From the sequence record KJ019142.1: a DNA stretch of 64,000 bases. One strand, 5' to 3'. The position numbers were made by a program, and so were the translations under genes. This document shows, in pieces, positions 58,705 through 64,000 of the stretch; position 1 is the first letter of the stretch, and every line of letters starts with the position of its first letter. The notes under the pieces are model-generated. The model was not told where the DNA came from. It searched no databases and worked only from the letters and a program-made list of their open reading frames with translations.

Positions 58705-58935
58705 ATGCTTACCGTATCAATTGTGTTTGGGGTTATCCTACTCCAAATGTTCCTCCTCCTAGGTGGTGTTATCGGGTACCTAGCTTATGGGTACCTATCA
58801 ATACAAGCCTCCCAGCTACCCAATCATCCTGAATTCTACGATGAAGAAGGAAACGTACTACCAGATGAAATTCTTGCTATTCGTTTTGAGCATAGCTATG
58901 GTCAGGATGGAGAGTGGATTGGTGAAGAGGATTAA
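58705..58935 (+). CDS. DUF2973-like membrane protein
   Basis: TM helix then HPEFYDEEG...EILAIRF; TATAAATA at 58674. Confidence 0.6.
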   Translation: MLTVSIVFGVILLQMFLLLGGVIGYLAYGYLSIQASQLPNHPEFYDEEGNVLPDEILAIRFEHSYGQDGEWIGEED

Positions 58936-58958
58936 ACTATTACTTTTTGGAAAACATT

Positions 58959-59564
58959 ATGACAGAAGCGACAGAAACCAAGAAACCGCGTAGCGCACGA
59001 AAGGCACGCAAACCAGCGGCACCCAAAGTCCCTACCTCCCTACCAAACAATCCTTTGATGTTTGAGATTCTTGACATGGCATCCCGTACTAGGGGTACTG
59101 AAAAGAAGGTAGATGTTCTCAAGAGATACGGGTGTGGTGCTCTAAAGGCACTATTCATCTGGAACTTTGATGAAACTGTAGAGTCTGCTCTACCACCAGG
59201 TGAGGTTCCCTACTCTGGATATGAAGAACAGCATGTATACAGTGGAACACTAACTGATAAGATTGAAGAGTCTTCACGTCAGATGTATGAGAATGGAAGT
59301 TTCTCATTGGGTTCTACTGATGCCAACGCTAAGACTACACTAAGGGCACAATGGAAGAACCTCTATCACTTTGTTGAGGGTGGTAATGGTGGTCTATCTA
59401 AAACACGTCGTGAGATGATGTTTATCAACCTCCTAGAATCTGTTCATCCCCTGGAAGCAGAGATCCTCATCCTAGTCAAGGATAAGGAACTTGACACCAA
59501 GTATAAGGTTCCCTTTGAGGTTGTAGAAGAAGCATTCCCCGAGATCCAATGGGGAGGACGTTGA
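58959..59564 (+). CDS. conserved cyanomyovirus-type hypothetical protein
   Basis: LFIWNFDE...LPPGEVPY, RREMMFINLLE..HP.EAEIL. Confidence 0.75.
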   Translation: MTEATETKKPRSARKARKPAAPKVPTSLPNNPLMFEILDMASRTRGTEKKVDVLKRYGCGALKALFIWNFDETVESALPPGEVPYSGYEEQHVYSGTLTDKIEESSRQMYENGSFSLGSTDANAKTTLRAQWKNLYHFVEGGNGGLSKTRREMMFINLLESVHPLEAEILILVKDKELDTKYKVPFEVVEEAFPEIQWGGR

Positions 59565-59590
59565 CATAAATACAAAGGATATGTTATAAT
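59561..59590 (+). promoter_or_regulatory. consensus sigma70 promoter with embedded late promoter
   Basis: TTGACA-N18-TATAAT; CATAAATA at 59565-59572. Confidence 0.85.
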
Positions 59591-59597
59591 ATCCACA

Positions 59598-59684
59598 CGT
59601 TCAACCCACTTCGGTGGGTCGCAAGTAAGTCGCGGAACGGATTCGTTCATCCAGGAAACTGGACGCAAACGACTGAAGGAACGG
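59598..59684 (+). ncRNA. tandem glutamine riboswitch-like element (glnA / Downstream-peptide class)
   Basis: Two CGTTCA-hairpin-CGCAA...GAACG units; E-loop-like AAGTAA/TGAAG; lies upstream of a YRG peptide. Confidence 0.75.
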
Positions 59685-59717
59685 GTTTTAACTAACCTCA
59701 ACTTCAGGAGTACTACT

Positions 59718-59885
59718 ATGAACACTCTCGCACTCATCAAAAAGCAGATCAACAAAGCTGCCGCACTTCACAACGCTCAGATTTCTCACACCGCCTATCG
59801 TGGTGTTGAGTATGATGTTAGTTGTGATCAGTCTTCCGAGACACATGGCACTTTCTGCTACCGCGGACGCACTTATAACAAGTGA
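59718..59885 (+). CDS. DUF4278-like small protein (55 aa)
   Basis: Manually read MNTLALIKKQINKAAALHNAQISHTAYRGVEY...CYRGRTYNK; AGGAG RBS. Confidence 0.8.
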   Translation: MNTLALIKKQINKAAALHNAQISHTAYRGVEYDVSCDQSSETHGTFCYRGRTYNK

Positions 59886-59904
59886 GTCCTAACTGAATAG
59901 TGTA

Positions 59905-59937
59905 GGAAAGGGAAGGACTTGTTTCTTCCCTTTTTTT
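59905..59937 (+). terminator. rho-independent terminator overlapping the next promoter
   Basis: AAAGGGAAG...CTTCCCTTT plus T run, then GTGCTATAAT. Confidence 0.7.
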
Positions 59938-59968
59938 GTGCTATAATATAAACAAGTATTCTATCATC

Positions 59969-60148
59969 ATGGACACAGACAAAGTAAAGTTTCTCATTCA
60001 ATCCATAGAGGTTCTCATTGATGAACTAAAATCAGAAGTATATGCTGAGGGTGAAACTTTTAAAGTAAGTGAAACCCAGTACTCAGAGGAATCAGAAATT
60101 CCAACGACTATAACAAACTTTTATCCTGAAGTGACGGACGATCTATGA
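59969..60148 (+). CDS. hypothetical protein
   Basis: MDTDKVKFLIQSIEVLIDELKSEVY... Confidence 0.65.
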   Translation: MDTDKVKFLIQSIEVLIDELKSEVYAEGETFKVSETQYSEESEIPTTITNFYPEVTDDL

Positions 60149-60897
60149 AACCAGTCAAGGCAGATACACTCCTCAAACTAGATCCTCACCAGAAGGTTGA
60201 GATGATCCGTTGTACTCCCAACCCACAGCAACTTGTGTTTATGGGTGGTAAGAATGACTATAGTGAGTTACCTATTGAAGACACAGACATTCCTCAAGAG
60301 AAGGAGTGTGGTGAGTGGGTTATTGAGCAACTCTTAGCGAACGAGAGAGGACACTGGGGACCCCTAGAACACCCCTCTATCACCTTCTCCTGTAGTGGGT
60401 TCGTTCATAATGTTATCGTTCAGGCAAGAACCCATAGAGTAGGTATTAGTTTTGATGTACAATCACAACGATATACCTGCAAGAGAATCATAAAAGTAGC
60501 AGAGGGGAAACTATCACCCCAGTCAGTATTCTATGTGAGACCTCCTGGTTTCTATACTAATAGGAAGGGGAAGAAGTACGAATGGATAGACGCAGACTAT
60601 CAAACTCAGTTAGGTCTCTGTCAGGCTGCAGCTGAACGATTTGCTCGTCAGTTTGAGAATGGTGTATCTGAAGAACACGCTCGTGATTATCTACCACAGA
60701 ATATTCGTCAGAACTTTGTAGTCACCTTTAGTCTTCGTTCTCTCCTACACTTCCTAGATCTTCGAGCTAAACTAGATGCTCAGTTGGAAATCCAAGCTCT
60801 ATGTGAGGCTATGATTGAACCTACTAAGACCTGGATTCCTGAAATCTTTGAATACTACTCAGAGAAAAGACTACACAGGGCAAGACTTGCCCCCTAA
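60145..60897 (+). CDS. thyX: flavin-dependent thymidylate synthase
   Basis: HWGPLEH, QARTHR..SFDVQSQRY, ARDYLPQ, LRSLLHFLDLR, AQLEI. Confidence 0.92.
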   Translation: MKPVKADTLLKLDPHQKVEMIRCTPNPQQLVFMGGKNDYSELPIEDTDIPQEKECGEWVIEQLLANERGHWGPLEHPSITFSCSGFVHNVIVQARTHRVGISFDVQSQRYTCKRIIKVAEGKLSPQSVFYVRPPGFYTNRKGKKYEWIDADYQTQLGLCQAAAERFARQFENGVSEEHARDYLPQNIRQNFVVTFSLRSLLHFLDLRAKLDAQLEIQALCEAMIEPTKTWIPEIFEYYSEKRLHRARLAP

Positions 60898-60925
60898 ATA
60901 TTTTTATGTCTAATGGAGGACTATT

Positions 60926-61168
60926 TTGGCGAAATTTGATGTGATCAATAAAGACACTGGGGAGACTAAAATCATTGATGTTAGTGTCCATGAAATCACC
61001 CAGTGGTATGAAGATAATAAACCTTGGGTTCGTGACTGGTCACAGGGATGTGCTGGTGGAGGTGAGATTGGTGACTGGAGAGACACTCTAAGAAAGAAAG
61101 CACCAGGTTGGAATGATGTATTGGGTGTAGCCGCCTCACAGAGAGGCTCCCGAGTCAAGAAGCTCTGA
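60926..61168 (+). CDS. hypothetical protein
   Basis: 80 aa, in the usual cyanomyovirus position before phoH. Confidence 0.65.
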   Translation: MAKFDVINKDTGETKIIDVSVHEITQWYEDNKPWVRDWSQGCAGGGEIGDWRDTLRKKAPGWNDVLGVAASQRGSRVKKL

Positions 61169-61193
61169 TTTTTAGTATTATTGTATAGTTATT

Positions 61194-61961
61194 ATGGCCG
61201 CTAGAAAGAAAAGAACATCTGCGAACTCCAACATTGGGGTAGGACTTACTACCAAGCAGATGAAGAGGAAGAAACCAATCAATAGTGACTTCCTCACCAG
61301 AATTGAACCCATGACGGATAACCAGAAGTTGTTATTCGATGAGTATGATAAGGGACAACACATTGTTGCCTATGGTTCTGCTGGTACTGGTAAGACCTTT
61401 GTAACCCTCTACAAGGCGTTGAAAGAAGTATTAGATGAAAGGACACCTTATGAGAAAGTATATCTCGTCAGGTCTCTTGTAGCAACCAGAGAGATTGGTT
61501 TCCTTCCTGGTGACCATGATGATAAGGTAGCTATCTATCAGATTCCATATAAGAATATGGTGAAGTATATGTTTGCAATGCAGACAGACTCTGACTTTGA
61601 AATGTTATATGGAAACCTAAAGTCACAAGAGACTCTAAGTTTCTGGAGTACCTCATTCCTTCGTGGTACTACACTAGACAAGGCAGTTATCATCGTAGAT
61701 GAGTTCCAGAACCTCAACGCACACGAACTTGATTCCATCATGACTCGTGTTGGTGAGGATACTAAGATTCATTTCTGTGGTGATGCAACTCAGTCTGACC
61801 TTACCAAGGCGTCAGAAAGAACAGGTATCATGGACTTCATGGCTATTCTAGAAAGAATGCCCTCTATCAGTAAGATTGAGTTTGGTCTAGATGATATTGT
61901 TAGATCTGGTTTGGTTAAAGAATACCTAACTGCTAAGGCAGAGTCTGGTATTGAGATCTGA
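61194..61961 (+). CDS. phoH: PhoH family ATPase
   Basis: GSAGTGKT, FLPG, FLRGTT, VDEFQN, GDATQSD. Confidence 0.95.
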   Translation: MAARKKRTSANSNIGVGLTTKQMKRKKPINSDFLTRIEPMTDNQKLLFDEYDKGQHIVAYGSAGTGKTFVTLYKALKEVLDERTPYEKVYLVRSLVATREIGFLPGDHDDKVAIYQIPYKNMVKYMFAMQTDSDFEMLYGNLKSQETLSFWSTSFLRGTTLDKAVIIVDEFQNLNAHELDSIMTRVGEDTKIHFCGDATQSDLTKASERTGIMDFMAILERMPSISKIEFGLDDIVRSGLVKEYLTAKAESGIEI

Positions 61962-61991
61962 TGTGGTATAATAGTATTGTCTTTACTATAG

Positions 61992-62672
61992 ATGATGCCA
62001 TTTATTCACAGCCCTATTGATCTACCAAACCTTGAGAGGTACCCTATCAACGGGGTTCGGTATTATAAAGTACCAGATGGAGATACACTACACACTCTAG
62101 TGTCAGTAACCTCTGTAACTTCACACTGGAAGGCAGACTTCTTCCGTAAGTGGAGAGCAAAGGTTGGTGAAGAGGAAGCTAATCGTATAACAAATAGAGC
62201 AACAACTAGGGGTACAGACATGCACCTACTAACTGAACACTATTTGAGGAACGAGACTCTACCAAAGGCAAAGGTTCCTATTGCCGATCTCCTATTCAAG
62301 ATAGCTAAACCAGAGTTGGATAAGATCAACAATATCATTGTCCAAGAACAGGCAATGTATAGTTTGAAACTTGGTATCGCTGGTACTCCTGATTGTATTG
62401 CTGACTACAATGGGGAGTTATCCATCATTGACTTTAAGACATCAGCCAGACCCAAACCCAGAGAGTGGATTGAAGGTTACTTTGTTCAGGCATCAGCATA
62501 CGCTTGTATGTTGTATGAACTCACAGGACTAAAGGCTAAGAACCTAGTTATTATTATGGCGTGTGAAGATGGTGAGTGTGTGGTATATGAAGAGCGTGAT
62601 ATAATGAAGTACGCAAGACTACTTCACCAATACATTACCAAATTTGTAAACGACAAACTAGAGGAACTATGA
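61992..62672 (+). CDS. PD-(D/E)xK exonuclease
   Basis: SVTSVT, RGTDMH, AGTPDCI, IIDFKTS, QASAYA. Confidence 0.85.
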   Translation: MMPFIHSPIDLPNLERYPINGVRYYKVPDGDTLHTLVSVTSVTSHWKADFFRKWRAKVGEEEANRITNRATTRGTDMHLLTEHYLRNETLPKAKVPIADLLFKIAKPELDKINNIIVQEQAMYSLKLGIAGTPDCIADYNGELSIIDFKTSARPKPREWIEGYFVQASAYACMLYELTGLKAKNLVIIMACEDGECVVYEERDIMKYARLLHQYITKFVNDKLEEL

Positions 62673-62932
62673 GCAAAGAAGAGTTTAATAAAGTATTGGA
62701 GGAGAAGTTTATCACCCCCATTCATTTCTCCTATGAGGTGGAGAAGATTGTATTGAAGGAAAAGGTTAACTATATTGATGGTATCCTCCTCTATTGTGAG
62801 AGGGAAAGTATTGAGGTAGAAGCTATTCCCAAACTGATGACTAAACCCCTCAAGGAGAAGCTGAAAATTGATGCCAATCGCTTGAACTTTATGAAGTCCA
62901 GAAACTTCTCTATGGCAAAGTTACCACTCTGA
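62669..62932 (+). CDS. gp33: late transcription coactivator gp33
   Basis: FSYEVEKIV...YIDGIL.YCE..SIEVE....L...LKEKL; synteny with gp59. Confidence 0.8.
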   Translation: MSKEEFNKVLEEKFITPIHFSYEVEKIVLKEKVNYIDGILLYCERESIEVEAIPKLMTKPLKEKLKIDANRLNFMKSRNFSMAKLPL

Positions 62933-62945
62933 TCTTTATTATTAT

Positions 62946-63560
62946 ATGATGTACATTCGAGGAACAGGTACAGTGAAACCATTTGAAGTTTATACAACAT
63001 ACCTGGCTCTGAAACGCCATTTTAGTAGTTCCTACGATTATTTTAAGTATAGGGGAAAAACAAGGTGTTCTGAATCTTCCTTCTACTCCCGCAAAGACCG
63101 ATACTTCTTCGAGCGCATGAGTAGGAAGCTTAGCGACGAAGAAGTAAAACTCTACTTCCTCTCTTGTTTCTTAGCAACTGATAACCCCTCTTCTATTTGG
63201 GTTGGTGAGATCATGAGAACCGGGGAGGATAACTTTAGAGAACTAGTCAAGAGGCATCAAAGTATGTCTTACATATTCACACAGGAGTGTGAAGCAATTT
63301 TTTCACAACATAAGCTCCCAGAGGCATTCGACGCCACAATGGGTCACCCCCCAATTTTGAAGGGATATCTACGGGGAGAGGTGAGTATTGAGACTTTAGT
63401 GATACTCGAAATGATCTTTGGGTTCTCCAAGAACTTAGATCGTAAACTAAAAGATCCTGTATGGGACATAGTGTGTATGAAGATGCGTAAGTACCGACCC
63501 TTCCTAAATATTGAACTAGATAAGTTTAAGAAGATTCTAAGGAATATAGTGTATGTCTGA
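62946..63560 (+). CDS. gp59: helicase loader gp59
   Basis: YLALKRHF..YDYFKYRGK...RKDRYFF, KYRPFL. Confidence 0.9.
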   Translation: MMYIRGTGTVKPFEVYTTYLALKRHFSSSYDYFKYRGKTRCSESSFYSRKDRYFFERMSRKLSDEEVKLYFLSCFLATDNPSSIWVGEIMRTGEDNFRELVKRHQSMSYIFTQECEAIFSQHKLPEAFDATMGHPPILKGYLRGEVSIETLVILEMIFGFSKNLDRKLKDPVWDIVCMKMRKYRPFLNIELDKFKKILRNIVYV

Positions 63561-63921
63561 GTTTTTCGATTCCGAACAAGTACAGAAAGCTCTAAGCGAA
63601 ATAGCTTTCCTACAGAATAAGGTGATGGCATTCACAGTTGTTGCTGCCTTCGCTGATGAAGAAGAACAGAGAGAGAATATCATGACACTCAGATTACTTC
63701 TGAGCAAACAGGAAAACATGTATAACAGATGTGCTCTGAGCGATAGTGAAGAAGCTAAAGAGTTAATGATAGAAGTGATGAAACACTTCTCTGAGCATGA
63801 TATTCCTACAAATCAACCAATGGGTGAAGTATTCAAAGCAATCCGTGAAAGGGTTGATGATATTGAAAACGATCTCAACCGGTTCATAGAAGAAGGGGAA
63901 ACAGATCCCTGGTTCTTCTAA
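63553..63921 (+). CDS. DUF1825-like hypothetical protein
   Basis: FFDSEQVQ...LLSKQENMYNR..LSD.EEA; position after gp59. Confidence 0.6.
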   Translation: MSEFFDSEQVQKALSEIAFLQNKVMAFTVVAAFADEEEQRENIMTLRLLLSKQENMYNRCALSDSEEAKELMIEVMKHFSEHDIPTNQPMGEVFKAIRERVDDIENDLNRFIEEGETDPWFF

Positions 63922-63931
63922 CACCAGTGGC

Positions 63932-63960
63932 TTGGCATCCAACCTATTATCCTGTATAAT
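63932..63960 (+). promoter_or_regulatory. sigma70-like promoter for a gene beyond the window (gp32 expected by synteny)
   Basis: TTGGCA-N17-TATAAT. Confidence 0.65.
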
Positions 63961-64000
63961 AAACAAGTTCAGCCGTTATCCAACGAATCCAAACAATCCT

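Noticed and set aside
61992-62672. Cas4-like nuclease as evidence of a CRISPR system
   Set aside because: It is the core cyanomyovirus exonuclease between phoH and gp33, and no array is present.
1-64000. tRNA or rRNA genes
   Set aside because: No cloverleaf with T-loop/D-loop consensus or rRNA-like stretch was seen in the intergenic regions. tRNAscan-SE would confirm.

Overview
A 64 kb segment of a T4-like marine cyanomyovirus (Kyanoviridae-like, probably infecting Synechococcus). Every gene I can support is on the + strand. In order it contains: a glycosyltransferase/sulfotransferase/epimerase cluster (0.4-5.6 kb); photosynthesis and metabolic AMGs (two hli, petF, psbA, psbD, talC); a type IV pilin cassette; a 31.5 kb block with four giant virion/fibre-like proteins (3967, 1868, 2518 and 1956 aa); tail-collar genes; a BspA-repeat gene; a second sugar cluster; a tandem glutamine-riboswitch-like RNA with a DUF4278-like peptide; and core genes (thyX, phoH, exonuclease, gp33, gp59). 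There are two standout observations. (1) A ~1.4 kb HNH homing-endonuclease cassette sits between psbA and psbD. It appears to have displaced the original psbD 5' end (a remnant is left at 10757) and supplied a new one. It carries a small acidic DNA-mimic-like ORF and, by hand scan, has no VATB, KTAM or RGCY palindromes, suggesting a restriction-proof selfish element. (2) The 3967 aa protein is built from about 31 copies of one beta domain whose N- and C-halves nest inside each other like exactly balanced parentheses. All calls rest on motif recognition by eye; no database search was run.
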